A stretch of DNA of 64,000 nt from Candidatus Woesearchaeota archaeon (GTDB lineage: Archaea; Nanobdellota; Nanobdellia; Woesearchaeales; JACJVW01), in the NCBI GenBank assembly GCA_020637435.1, contig JACJVW010000001.1, positions 699,009 to 763,008 on the forward strand, read 5' to 3'. The position numbers and the translations under genes are program-made. The notes under the pieces are model-generated. The model worked only from the letters and a program-made list of their open reading frames with translations, was not told the origin of the DNA and made no database searches. Positions 26,018 through 35,491 of the stretch are shown here, one piece after another; position 1 is the stretch's first letter; every line of letters starts with the position of its first letter.

Positions 26018-27730
26018 ATGGGTAGCGTACTACGTATCATCAAGAAGAATTTCAAACTACTGATGCGGTCAAGAAGTTCCGCGCTCATGATAATCCTTGG
26101 TCCTCTACTTGTTATTGCTCTGGTGGGGCTTGCTTTCAATAACTCCAATGCCTATGAAGTAGGGGTGGGGGTCTATTCTGAGTCCTATTCTGATGTATCA
26201 CAGGCCATCGTTGGCGCGCTTGAAGAGCAAAACTTCATGGTTCGCATGTATGGTGACATACTAACTTGTAAGCAAGGGGTACGACAGGGGGAAGTGAATT
26301 TATGTATGGTCTTCTCACCCAGTATTGGTGTCTCTGCTGATATGGATAACTCCATATCTGTACACGTAGATTATTCGGAATACAATCTAGCGTGGATGGT
26401 TCTGGACCGTGTATCTAACAGCGTTAGTTCAACCTCTTCGAATCTCACCGCCGGTATGACTGATATTCTTCTCAACAAAATAGCTGCAACCCAGGCGGAA
26501 ATTGAGAAAGACAAAGCCGTTCTGGGCGAGCTTATTGAATACAACAAGCAGTCAGGAATCGGCCTAAGTGCGATAAAATCAAATATAGATAAAGAGGATG
26601 CAACCTTCTCTGTAGACAATATTGATACTGGTGCAATCTCCAGCACTTCTTCCGATATGCAGAATCGCCTAAATATTGTTGCAGATGAAGTCGAGAAAAC
26701 TCTCCAATCCCTGCGTCTTACTATTACTGGTCTTGACATTAATGATTCTAAAAAGAAAGGCCCTCTTACGCTCATCAACCAGACTTTGGCCCGTACATTA
26801 ACTATGCGTGACCAGGTCTCCGGGAAAAACGAGGAAGTCCAATCAGCCCTCTCTGAGGTCCAGAATGGGCTGGCACAGGTTGAACTCCAAATGCGTTCGA
26901 TAGGCTCTCTTAACAGCCAATCTCAGCAGGAAATTGATACGCTCAAAGAAGTCCTTAAGGGTGAACTGCAGACAATAATGAAACTGCAAAAATCGTTTAA
27001 CACGCTCACCAAAGATATCTCTTCCATTGAGGTAACCAATGCAGAATCTATAGCAGTTCCTATTCAGACCGTCATTGAGCCCATCACCTCTGAAAAGACA
27101 CATTTCAACTATCTCTTCCCAAGTTTATTGGTCATGCTGCTCATGTTCGCAAGCATGCTCCTTTCATCTACTCTTGTGGTGATGGAGAAGACCTCTAAGG
27201 CATTTATCCGAAACTTCATCACTCCTACTCCTGACATTATTTTCGTAATAGCGACATACTTAACGGGCTTAATCATTGTGGGGCTACAGCTCTTCGTCAT
27301 TGTTCTAGTATCTGCATTCTTTATTGACCTGCCTTTTGATGTCGCTTTTGTGCCTGTAGTGGTAGTCTTGCTCGTTACGGCAACCTTCTTTATTTTACTT
27401 GGTATGTCTCTTGGTTATTTGTTCAAAAGAGAAGAGGCGGCAACCTTGACCTCCCTTTCACTAAGCAGTCTATTCCTTCTAGTGTCGGGTGTAATCTTGC
27501 CTATGGAGAGCATGCCTGCGGGTATTCGCGGAATTGCAGCCTACAATCCTTTCGTGCTCGCAGAAGGGGCATTAAAAAAAGTCCTTATCTTCGACCTTCA
27601 TTTTAGTGATGTCTCTTTTGGACTTTTCTTATTGCTTGCATATGGGATAATTATCTTTGTAGGTATTCTGTTCTTCCATACTTTGCTAAAGAAGGGGACT
27701 CTCTTGCCCAAGCCTAAGGTGAAGAAATAG
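26018..27730 (+). CDS. ABC-2 type permease with large coiled extracellular insert (YhgE/Pip-like architecture)
   Basis: One N-terminal TM, a polar/coiled region of about 330 aa, then five C-terminal TMs. Adjacent to the ABC ATPase. GAGGTGG SD. Confidence 0.7.
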   Translation: MGSVLRIIKKNFKLLMRSRSSALMIILGPLLVIALVGLAFNNSNAYEVGVGVYSESYSDVSQAIVGALEEQNFMVRMYGDILTCKQGVRQGEVNLCMVFSPSIGVSADMDNSISVHVDYSEYNLAWMVLDRVSNSVSSTSSNLTAGMTDILLNKIAATQAEIEKDKAVLGELIEYNKQSGIGLSAIKSNIDKEDATFSVDNIDTGAISSTSSDMQNRLNIVADEVEKTLQSLRLTITGLDINDSKKKGPLTLINQTLARTLTMRDQVSGKNEEVQSALSEVQNGLAQVELQMRSIGSLNSQSQQEIDTLKEVLKGELQTIMKLQKSFNTLTKDISSIEVTNAESIAVPIQTVIEPITSEKTHFNYLFPSLLVMLLMFASMLLSSTLVVMEKTSKAFIRNFITPTPDIIFVIATYLTGLIIVGLQLFVIVLVSAFFIDLPFDVAFVPVVVVLLVTATFFILLGMSLGYLFKREEAATLTSLSLSSLFLLVSGVILPMESMPAGIRGIAAYNPFVLAEGALKKVLIFDLHFSDVSFGLFLLLAYGIIIFVGILFFHTLLKKGTLLPKPKVKK

Positions 27731-28219
27731 ATGTATGTTATCTGCGTAACTGGCACGCCTGGTGCTGGTAAGACTACGTTGGCTAAGAAGCTGGCTAAGC
27801 AATTCTCCTTTACTCACATCGACCTTACTGAATTGATAAAGCGGGAACGTCTTCATGATGGGTATGACAAAACAGCAAAATGCTATGATGTAGATACTGC
27901 CCGTTTAGGCAGATTCATAAAACAACACCTCACTTTTCTGGCTAAAAGTGCTTCTGGTGTGATCTTGGATGGTCATTTGTCTCACTATCTCTCTCCCAAA
28001 TCTGTGGACCTCTGCATTGTAGTCAAAGCCTCGCTTCCGTCTATTCGTTCACGCCTCAAAAAGCGTGGTTACGCTGACTCCAAGATACAGGATAACCTGT
28101 TCTGTGAGGCAGTGGATCTTTGTTACGCTGAGGCTCTAGAATCGGGACATGCTGTTCTGCTCTACTCCTCTGGGCTTCGGCCCCTATACAGCGAGATTAG
28201 GCGGTATCTGGCTATCTGA
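27731..28219 (+). CDS. Adenylate kinase isoenzyme 6 / Fap7-like NTPase
   Basis: MYVICVTGTPGAGKTTLAKKLAK P-loop. Size and DGHLSH motif fit AK6/Fap7. Confidence 0.7.
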   Translation: MYVICVTGTPGAGKTTLAKKLAKQFSFTHIDLTELIKRERLHDGYDKTAKCYDVDTARLGRFIKQHLTFLAKSASGVILDGHLSHYLSPKSVDLCIVVKASLPSIRSRLKKRGYADSKIQDNLFCEAVDLCYAEALESGHAVLLYSSGLRPLYSEIRRYLAI

Positions 28220-28968
28220 GGACATGTCCTTGGCACGTCCTATCTTCCTGAGATGCGCAATTTCTCTTCATGTGGGATATAAAATCCCTTTTTCCTGTTT
28301 CCAAGGGGCATATCCATGATCCTTATGCCTTTCTCTCTTGTCTCATAAATGAGGTTCCTCAGGGTCTTTGGTCTCATGCCCATCTGTGCGGCCAAGGTGT
28401 GGTAGTCCAGGGGTTCTGTCGCTAGGAATAGGGTTTTAATAAGTGTCTCCTGGCTATACGTCATCCTGTGGGGGTCTCTTGGCTGGCGTATCTCTCTTCC
28501 TTGCATTGGTCTGATTGGGTTTTCTTGTCCTCTGTTGTCCTTTATGTCTGTCCTTGAAGGACTTGGGGACATGTCCTTGTCCTTTTGTGTCCTTTGTATC
28601 TCTTCAAATTGTCCTTTGAGGTCTAAAAACGCGGATTTCAGGGAATTTAGCTCTTCTACTGCATCTCTTCTTTCTTCTTGGAGTCCTTCGATCGTCCTTT
28701 GTTGTCTTTCAATTGTCCTGGTAAGGTCCTCTAGATGTCCTAGGTGTCCTAGGACATGTCCTCGGGACATGTCCTTGTCAATTTTATGGAGTTTATTTCC
28801 AATATAGAGCATCCACTCCGCAAGTATTTCTTTTTCTTGTCTTTCCCGTTCTAATCGGGTACTCTTGGGTAAATAGGGTTCTTCCACTCTTTGTGCGCTC
28901 CTCTCTGGAAGAATCTCTACTTGTTTTTATGTCCTTTTATGTCCTTAATTGCTGTAGAACTTGTCCTT
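28220..28968. repeat. Dense strand-biased GTCCT/AGGAC motif swarm including four copies of palindrome GGACATGTCC
   Basis: My manual count is 20 GTCCT on the + strand in about 750 bp. GGACATGTCC at 28220-28229, 28567-28576, 28752-28761 and 28765-28774. TTTTATGTCC x2 at 28925-28944. Confidence 0.8.
28240..28887 (-). CDS. Coiled-coil protein with C-terminal HTH-like domain
   Basis: Heptad-like IERQQRTIEGLQEERRDAVEELNSLKSAFLDLKGQFEEIQ. C-terminal LDYHTLAAQMGMRPKTLRNLIYETREKG. GTG start at 28887; alternative ATG at 28812. Confidence 0.6.
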   Translation of the reverse strand: MEEPYLPKSTRLERERQEKEILAEWMLYIGNKLHKIDKDMSRGHVLGHLGHLEDLTRTIERQQRTIEGLQEERRDAVEELNSLKSAFLDLKGQFEEIQRTQKDKDMSPSPSRTDIKDNRGQENPIRPMQGREIRQPRDPHRMTYSQETLIKTLFLATEPLDYHTLAAQMGMRPKTLRNLIYETREKGIRIMDMPLGNRKKGFYIPHEEKLRISGR

Positions 28969-28979
28969 CTGTGTCTTTT

Positions 28980-29882
28980 TTACTCTAGAAGTTCGATATC
29001 GTCGATAATCCCGTCTCCGTCAGTATCATACCCTTGGACTATGGCGTGGAATCTCTTTTGACCTGTATATCTGTGCAAAGAAAGCTTGTGGTACTTAGTA
29101 ATGGCCAGTATGGCGGCTCTCGTCCCCTTCTCTGTAATCCCTCCTATGGTAATAATGTCTTTTGTGGGGTCTGAGGGGTGCTGTGTCTTGGCTATGAGAC
29201 CTATTTCGTCCTCTGTATACGCTTTTCTTGCTTCAATCATGTGGAAGTTCTCTGTGGAGAATTTAGCGCTGTTAAGGGCGTTTATTGAGCTAGTAAACGT
29301 ATTAGTGATAGGTCCTCCTATAGTTATGCAGGAGTGTTCTTGGGCATGTTGGTCTACTTCTGTGTCCAATCTAAGGCGAATAGTGCTGTCTGGATTTTGG
29401 GCACCAAGAAAATGGGTCAATTCTGCTGCAAGATAACTGTCTCTTGCCCTTGATTTAAAGGGCCCGTGGGGGTCTGAGGAACCCACTATGACCTGTATGC
29501 AGTTCTCCTTACTCGCCTTCTGGAAAAAGGGCAGAATCTCCCTTTGGTGGGGTTTGGCACGCTGGGTGTGCCATTTTTCAGACCAAGTGAGGAATGCGGC
29601 TGGCGCAGCGGCCCGATAGGCTCTGGCAATAGTTCCTCGTACCTCTTTCCTGCGTGTCTCAACCACTAAACCTGCTGAAATGAGGTATTTAAGGTGGTAA
29701 TAAGCTTGTTGCTCCTGCACGTCCGCTGCTCTTGCCATCTCTTTTGGGAAAGCTTCTCTCTCGCAAAGGTAGGTGAGTAGCCTGATTCTGACGGGGTGTC
29801 CGAGTGCTTTTGCCTGGTCTTTAGGTACTTGTACTGCGTTAATGCTCTTCTCCTCGTCAATAATCTGGTATTCTTTTTCCAT
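28980..29882 (-). CDS. ArsR-type winged-HTH regulator with large C-terminal domain ending in an EF-hand-like loop
   Basis: ALGHPVRIRLLTYLCEREAFPKEMARAADVQEQQAYYHLKYLISAGLV is ArsR-like. C-terminal DTDGDGIIDDIE. Confidence 0.65.
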   Translation of the reverse strand: MEKEYQIIDEEKSINAVQVPKDQAKALGHPVRIRLLTYLCEREAFPKEMARAADVQEQQAYYHLKYLISAGLVVETRRKEVRGTIARAYRAAAPAAFLTWSEKWHTQRAKPHQREILPFFQKASKENCIQVIVGSSDPHGPFKSRARDSYLAAELTHFLGAQNPDSTIRLRLDTEVDQHAQEHSCITIGGPITNTFTSSINALNSAKFSTENFHMIEARKAYTEDEIGLIAKTQHPSDPTKDIITIGGITEKGTRAAILAITKYHKLSLHRYTGQKRFHAIVQGYDTDGDGIIDDIELLE

Positions 29883-30123
29883 TTTTTACCAAAAGTGAGT
29901 ATAAGCGTATATATAAATCTCTTTATATTATGAAAAAAACCATACTAATACTATCTCAATATTCCTATCCTCTCCATTTAGTACATTAAAAAAGAGTATA
30001 GTTTAAGATAACCTCCAAAAAGGTAGGTATCTTAACCAAAAGGGATAAAATGGGGCTAAAACAAACTAATGGGCCTGATAGGGATATTAGAACTATCTTA
30101 TTCTGATTTTTTTCACAGCAGTG

Positions 30124-30131
30124 TATATAAA
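30124..30131 (+). promoter_or_regulatory. TATA box for glmM operon
   Basis: tatataaa centred about 26 nt before the ATG at 30153. Confidence 0.45.
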
Positions 30132-30152
30132 GGGTCTGGGAACTAGGGGGGT

Positions 30153-31487
30153 ATGGAATTTTTCGGTACTGATGGAATAAGGGGTGTAGCGAACCAGTAC
30201 CCGCTAGACCCGGTCACGATTGTTAAGATTGGTGCTGCTATCGCGGCATATGCTAAAAACTACGCAGAACGGCCCCGTGTGCTCATCGGCAAAGATACTC
30301 GCTTATCCGGGTATTTGGTCGAGAATGCGCTTACTTCTGGAATTGTTGGTGCCGGGGCGGATGTCATGCTCATAGGCCCTCTGCCTACGCCTGCAATCGC
30401 GCATCTGACACGCTCGATGGGCGCTCATCTGGGTGTGGTCATCTCAGCATCTCACAATCCTGCCCCTGACAACGGCATAAAGCTGTTTGACCGGGATGGT
30501 CACAAACTCTCCGTAGAGCAGGAAGAGGAGATTGAGTCCTTAATTTTGGCCAAAAGTGAGGATGAGCGACTAACCGGGACACAGATTGGTAAAGCCAGGC
30601 GTATTGATGACGCACGAGGCCGATACATAGAGTATGCCAAAAGTACTGTCGCAGACCAAAATCTTGATGGCCTTTCTGTTGTGCTCGATTGTGCTAATGG
30701 CGCAGCAAGCCCAATTGCAAAAAGTATCTATGCAGAACTTGGCGCACATACCATTGTATATCATAACACTCCTGATGGTGTAAATATAAACGAGGGTTGT
30801 GGGGCTCTGCATCCAAAATTCCTGGCCGAGAAGGTCAAAGAGCACAATGCAGATATCGGTATTGCCTTTGACGGCGACGCAGACCGTGCTATCTTTGTGG
30901 ATGAACGGGGCGAAGTCATAGACGGCGATGCAATTCTGTACGCTATAGCTCACCGCTTAGCCAAAGACCAGGCCCTCGGTTCACTGGTCGTAACTACCTA
31001 CAGCAACATGGGTCTTGACAGCTCCTTGCGTGAAATTGGTGTTGATGTCATTCGTGTGGCCTGCGGTGACAAATTCGTCATGGAAGCAATGCGCGAAGGC
31101 GGTCATAGTTTTGGTGGTGAAAACAGCGGCCACCTCATCTTTGGTAATCACTCTACAACTGGTGATGGTATCGTCGCAGGACTCCAGATTATGAGGGTTC
31201 TTAAGAAAGACAATATCCCTGCATCTCGCCTTGCTGAAGGATACATTCCTAATGTACAGGTGTTAAATGCAGTGGAAGTACGTGAAAAAATACCTCTTGA
31301 ACAGCTGCCCAAAACAAATGATGTTATACAAAGGTGCCAGGAAGAGCTGGCTGAGGCTGGCCGGGTGTATTTCAGGTACTCCGGCACAGAGAACAAAGCT
31401 CGGATTTTGGTAGAAGCAAAAGAACAGCATCAGGCAGACCGCATCATGGCAGAAGTCCTGGATGCATTGAATGAAGATCTAAGGTGA
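30153..31487 (+). CDS. glmM: Phosphoglucosamine mutase
   Basis: FGTDGIRGVANQYPLDP N-terminus. Active-site SASHNPAPDNGIKLF. Mg loop FDGDADR. Confidence 0.85.
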   Translation: MEFFGTDGIRGVANQYPLDPVTIVKIGAAIAAYAKNYAERPRVLIGKDTRLSGYLVENALTSGIVGAGADVMLIGPLPTPAIAHLTRSMGAHLGVVISASHNPAPDNGIKLFDRDGHKLSVEQEEEIESLILAKSEDERLTGTQIGKARRIDDARGRYIEYAKSTVADQNLDGLSVVLDCANGAASPIAKSIYAELGAHTIVYHNTPDGVNINEGCGALHPKFLAEKVKEHNADIGIAFDGDADRAIFVDERGEVIDGDAILYAIAHRLAKDQALGSLVVTTYSNMGLDSSLREIGVDVIRVACGDKFVMEAMREGGHSFGGENSGHLIFGNHSTTGDGIVAGLQIMRVLKKDNIPASRLAEGYIPNVQVLNAVEVREKIPLEQLPKTNDVIQRCQEELAEAGRVYFRYSGTENKARILVEAKEQHQADRIMAEVLDALNEDLR

Positions 31488-31492
31488 TACTC

Positions 31493-32680
31493 ATGCAAGC
31501 AGTAATACTGGCAGCGGGCAAGTCGACCAGGACGATGCCTCTTACACAGACAAGACCAAAACCCCTTCTCACTATACTCAACCGACCTCTCCTCGAGTAC
31601 AATCTCGATCAGCTCGATCGATTGGTCGATGAAGTTATTCTCATTGTCGGCTACAGGAAAGAGATGATAATGGAATATTTCGGCGACCACTACAAATCTA
31701 TGAAGCTGACATATGTGGAGCAGACAGAGCAGCTTGGGACAGGCCATGCGGTGCAGCAGGTAAAAGGGCATATCACCGGAAGATTTCTGGTCATTAATGG
31801 TGATGACCTCTATGCCAGGCAGGACTTCGAAGAACTGCTCAAACATGATGCTGCTCTGCTGGTCAAAGAGGTTGAGCATGCTGAAAGGTGGGGTATTGTG
31901 GAGCCTGATGGTGACAAAGTTAAGCGACTTGTAGAGAAACCGAAAGACCCTCCCTCCAACTTGGGCAATATAGGTGCGTATGTATTCGACAAGACTCTCT
32001 TCAACCTGCAGATAGACAAATCGGAACGAGGGGAATATGAGATTACTGACTACGTCACGCTCCTTGCTTCGCAGGGAGTCTTCAGGTATGTTGTAGCCAA
32101 GGGGTATTGGATACCGATTGGCTACCCCTGGCAGATTCTCGATGCGACAGAATTTCTAATCAAGAACATAAAGGAATCAGTAGTAGAGGGCACGGTCGAG
32201 GATGGCGTTACGCTCAAGGGTATCGTAAAGATAGGTAAGGGTGCGATCATCAAGACCGGCGCTTACATCGAAGGTCCTGTTGTCATAGGAGAAGACTGCA
32301 AAGTCGGCCCCAACTGCTATATCCGGGCAGGAACTGTTCTTGGACGTGGTTGCAAAGTCGGCAATGCCTGTGAGGTAAAGAACTCAACTTTGGGCGAAGG
32401 TACATCCATCGGACATCTTTCCTATGTAGGTGACTCGGTGATAGGTGACCACGTAAATTTTGGCGCGGGGACAGTGACTGCGAATCTTCGCCATGACAAC
32501 GGCAATGTACAGGTCGTCGTCAAAGGTGCGAAGGTCGACTCCGGTCGCAGAAAGTTGGGTGCGATGATAGGTGACCGTGCAAAGACGGGCATACATACTT
32601 CCATTTATCCTGGCAGGATGATCTTCAGCGAAGCCAAATCTATGCCTGGTGATATTGTCAAATACAATCTTGGTGAATGA
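31493..32680 (+). CDS. glmU: Bifunctional sugar-1-phosphate nucleotidylyltransferase/acetyltransferase (archaeal GlmU-type)
   Basis: MQAVILAAGKSTRTMPLTQTRPKPLL plus a C-terminal left-handed beta-helix of hexapeptide repeats. AGGTGAT SD before the ATG at 31493. Lies between glmM and glmS. Confidence 0.7.
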   Translation: MQAVILAAGKSTRTMPLTQTRPKPLLTILNRPLLEYNLDQLDRLVDEVILIVGYRKEMIMEYFGDHYKSMKLTYVEQTEQLGTGHAVQQVKGHITGRFLVINGDDLYARQDFEELLKHDAALLVKEVEHAERWGIVEPDGDKVKRLVEKPKDPPSNLGNIGAYVFDKTLFNLQIDKSERGEYEITDYVTLLASQGVFRYVVAKGYWIPIGYPWQILDATEFLIKNIKESVVEGTVEDGVTLKGIVKIGKGAIIKTGAYIEGPVVIGEDCKVGPNCYIRAGTVLGRGCKVGNACEVKNSTLGEGTSIGHLSYVGDSVIGDHVNFGAGTVTANLRHDNGNVQVVVKGAKVDSGRRKLGAMIGDRAKTGIHTSIYPGRMIFSEAKSMPGDIVKYNLGE

Positions 32681-32681
32681 A

Positions 32682-34400
32682 ATGTGCGGAATATTCGGAT
32701 TACTGGCAAAGACGACATGCAAAGTTAAAGAGGACCTCCTTGCAGGTTTGCGAAGGCTTGAATACAGAGGTTACGACTCCGTCGGTTTTGCGACGACAGA
32801 GGGTGAGCTGCAGAAGGATGTCGGTTTCATCGGCAACTTCATGGAAGGTGTTCCTTCAATCGAGACTAAATCTGCGATAAGCCATACCCGCTGGGCAACG
32901 CATGGTGGTGTGACAGTCTCGAACGCTCACCCTTTTAGATATGGTGAGGTGGTGATTGTCCACAATGGTATCATCGAAAACCTTAAGGAACTCAAGTCGG
33001 CCTGTGAGGGTCATGAGTTCTCGTCGGAGACGGACAGCGAGATTATCGCTCATCTTCTTGATAATGCTCTCAAAGAAGGTAAAGACATGCAACAGGCCAT
33101 ATCCGGGCTGCGCAGCCAGCTTAAAGGGACATATGCAGTACTGGCGATTCACCTTGGTGAACACGCGCTCTATGCGATCAAGAAAGACTCTCCTCTTCTG
33201 CTTGGTATAGGCGACCAGGCATACTATCTTGCCTCGGACATGCACGCTTTCTCGAACAGGACTGACAAAGCTGTATTCTTCAAGGACATGGATGTTTGCG
33301 TCATCCGGCCTGAAGGTTACCAGTTCTATGATGAGGGCGGACCGGTCGACAAAGAGGTCACGACCGTGGAATGCATCGATGCAGAACCTTCCAAAGAACC
33401 CTACGAACATTATATGTTAAAAGAGATCAATGAACAGCAGATAACTACTGAACGGCTATTAGAGTCAGTCGCAGGGGCGCAAAATGAGAAGATGGCGAGA
33501 GCCAAAGAGTTGATCCTGGGTGCGCGACGCGTCGTATTTCTTGCATGTGGTTCAAGTTATCATGCATCGCTGCTTGGCGTATACCTCCTAAATAAGCAGG
33601 GTATAGAGACTCATGCCATCATCGCAAGCGAGTTTGAAGGTTTCACTCTTGTGGGTGAGAGCACGCTCGTCATAGCAGTCTCTCAGAGCGGAGAGACGAT
33701 GGATGTGGTGACAGTGCTAAAAGATGTCAAACAAAAAGGAGCGAAGATACTGGGTATCGTGAATGTGCCTTTCTCGACCATTGAGCGCTTGAGTGATGTT
33801 TGCGTCAATACCGTGGCAGGCCCGGAGATCTGCGTTGCATCAACCAAAGTCTATACGGCTCAGGTCGTCATGATGCTTGAACTGGCAAGGCTTTTTGGGT
33901 ATGAGTGCGACATAAGTTCGATACCTACGGACATCGCCAAAACCATCCACGAAAACGAGGCGAAAGTCAAAGAGACTGCTCAATACCTAAAAGATAAGCA
34001 CGATGTGTATGTGCTTGGCCGTGGCCCCATGTATCCTGTCGCAAGAGAAGTTGCGTTGAAACTCAAAGAGATACCCTATCTGCATGCGGAAGGGATGATG
34101 GCAGGAGAGCTGAAGCACGGCACTATAGCACTAATTGAAAAGGGTACTCCAGTCATAACTCTGATATATGATGATAATCCTGACATGGTCTCGAACACAG
34201 AAGAAGTAAGGTCAAGAGGTGCGGATATCATATCGATAAGCAACACCCAAGGGACCTTCGTCATACCGGGAAGCACAAAGACGCAGTTCGCCATCAATGC
34301 CTGCATTATCGGACACTTGTTGAGTTACTACATCGCTCATATGAGAGGTCTTCCGATCGACAAGCCTCGGAATCTCGCAAAATCAGTGACAGTAAAATGA
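32682..34400 (+). CDS. glmS: Glutamine--fructose-6-phosphate aminotransferase
   Basis: MCGIFG Ntn start at 32682. Two SIS domains (ACGSSYHA, SQSGETMD). C-terminal KPRNLAKSVTV. Confidence 0.9.
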   Translation: MCGIFGLLAKTTCKVKEDLLAGLRRLEYRGYDSVGFATTEGELQKDVGFIGNFMEGVPSIETKSAISHTRWATHGGVTVSNAHPFRYGEVVIVHNGIIENLKELKSACEGHEFSSETDSEIIAHLLDNALKEGKDMQQAISGLRSQLKGTYAVLAIHLGEHALYAIKKDSPLLLGIGDQAYYLASDMHAFSNRTDKAVFFKDMDVCVIRPEGYQFYDEGGPVDKEVTTVECIDAEPSKEPYEHYMLKEINEQQITTERLLESVAGAQNEKMARAKELILGARRVVFLACGSSYHASLLGVYLLNKQGIETHAIIASEFEGFTLVGESTLVIAVSQSGETMDVVTVLKDVKQKGAKILGIVNVPFSTIERLSDVCVNTVAGPEICVASTKVYTAQVVMMLELARLFGYECDISSIPTDIAKTIHENEAKVKETAQYLKDKHDVYVLGRGPMYPVAREVALKLKEIPYLHAEGMMAGELKHGTIALIEKGTPVITLIYDDNPDMVSNTEEVRSRGADIISISNTQGTFVIPGSTKTQFAINACIIGHLLSYYIAHMRGLPIDKPRNLAKSVTVK

Positions 34401-35491
34401 AGTATGCGTTATCAGGTCTGGACTTGGCATTTCTGGTGGATGAGATGCAGGGACTATTGGGTGCGAAGATAGATAAGATATTCCAGCCGGAGAAAGATGA
34501 CATCATCATAAGGATGCATCGTACCGGGATGGGAAAGGTGCATCTGCGGTTCCTGCTGCCCTCGCTGGTATATATGGCTAAGGACAAAGCAGATGCGCAA
34601 AAAGATCCAAGCAATTTCTGTATGTTCATGCGAAAAAGACTCTCGGGTGCCCGTATCGATGCCCTTGAACAGATAGGTACTGAGCGTATGTTGCGTATCA
34701 GGTTGCAGAGTAAAGACAGCAAGTATGAACTTATCGCAGAACTCTTCGGAAAAGGAAATCTTCTCCTCATTGAAGCTGGAAAAGTTTTGACCGCTCTGCA
34801 CTACTCAATTCAAAGTGGCCGTCTTCTTCGACCTAAAGGAGAATACATGCTTCCTCATATGCGTCCGGATATACGGACATTGTCAGCAGAGGACATAAAG
34901 AAAAAGCTTGATGCTTCCGCTCAACCGACACTTGTCAAAGCGATAGCTGTAGACTTGGGAATGGGCGGCGTCTATGCTGAAGAGGTCATACTGCGTGCGG
35001 GTCTCGACAAGCAGGTAAAACCTGGTGGACATGACCTCTATCCTGTCATCCAGGATCTGCTACATGGTCCTTTGGAGCCTGCAGTAATTCTGGAAGGTGA
35101 TAAGCCCGTCTCCCTAGCTCCGATAAAGATGCGACTCTATGAAGGGATGCAGGTGAAGCCATTCGGTACATTCTCTGAGGCGATAGACGAGGTATTCCTT
35201 CCAATCCAGCAGAGGGCCAAGACGGCTGCAGAGAAAAAGATGGAAAGACTGCAGAAGATTATTGACGCTCAATCAGAAGTCATAAAGAAGCTCGAGATGC
35301 AGATCGATGAAGAACAGGCAAAAGGAAATGCCGTATACGCCGATTATGCGAGGCTTTCGTCTTTGCTTAAGCAGATAAATGAGGCAAGAAAGACCAAGTC
35401 CTGGGATGAGATTGCTCAAGTCGTCGAGCAGCTTCCTTTTGTGCAGAAGTTGGATAAGAAGAACAAAGTGTTATCAGTAGTGGCTGAGTGA
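34397..35491 (+). CDS. NFACT-N family protein (FbpA/Rqc2/RqcH-like), short form
   Basis: MKYALSGLDLAFLVDEMQGLLGAKIDKIFQPEKDDIIIRMHR is typical NFACT-N. The ORF ends inside the coiled-coil region at 364 aa. Confidence 0.65.
   Translation: MKYALSGLDLAFLVDEMQGLLGAKIDKIFQPEKDDIIIRMHRTGMGKVHLRFLLPSLVYMAKDKADAQKDPSNFCMFMRKRLSGARIDALEQIGTERMLRIRLQSKDSKYELIAELFGKGNLLLIEAGKVLTALHYSIQSGRLLRPKGEYMLPHMRPDIRTLSAEDIKKKLDASAQPTLVKAIAVDLGMGGVYAEEVILRAGLDKQVKPGGHDLYPVIQDLLHGPLEPAVILEGDKPVSLAPIKMRLYEGMQVKPFGTFSEAIDEVFLPIQQRAKTAAEKKMERLQKIIDAQSEVIKKLEMQIDEEQAKGNAVYADYARLSSLLKQINEARKTKSWDEIAQVVEQLPFVQKLDKKNKVLSVVAE

Noticed and set aside
29883-30152. AT-rich 270-bp spacer with a short imperfect hairpin (AAGATAACCT...AGGTAGGTATCTT) as a possible ncRNA or origin
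   Set aside because: Only weak pairing is present, and I found no ORB-like repeats. Divergent promoters for the ArsR-like gene and glmM are the most economical explanation.
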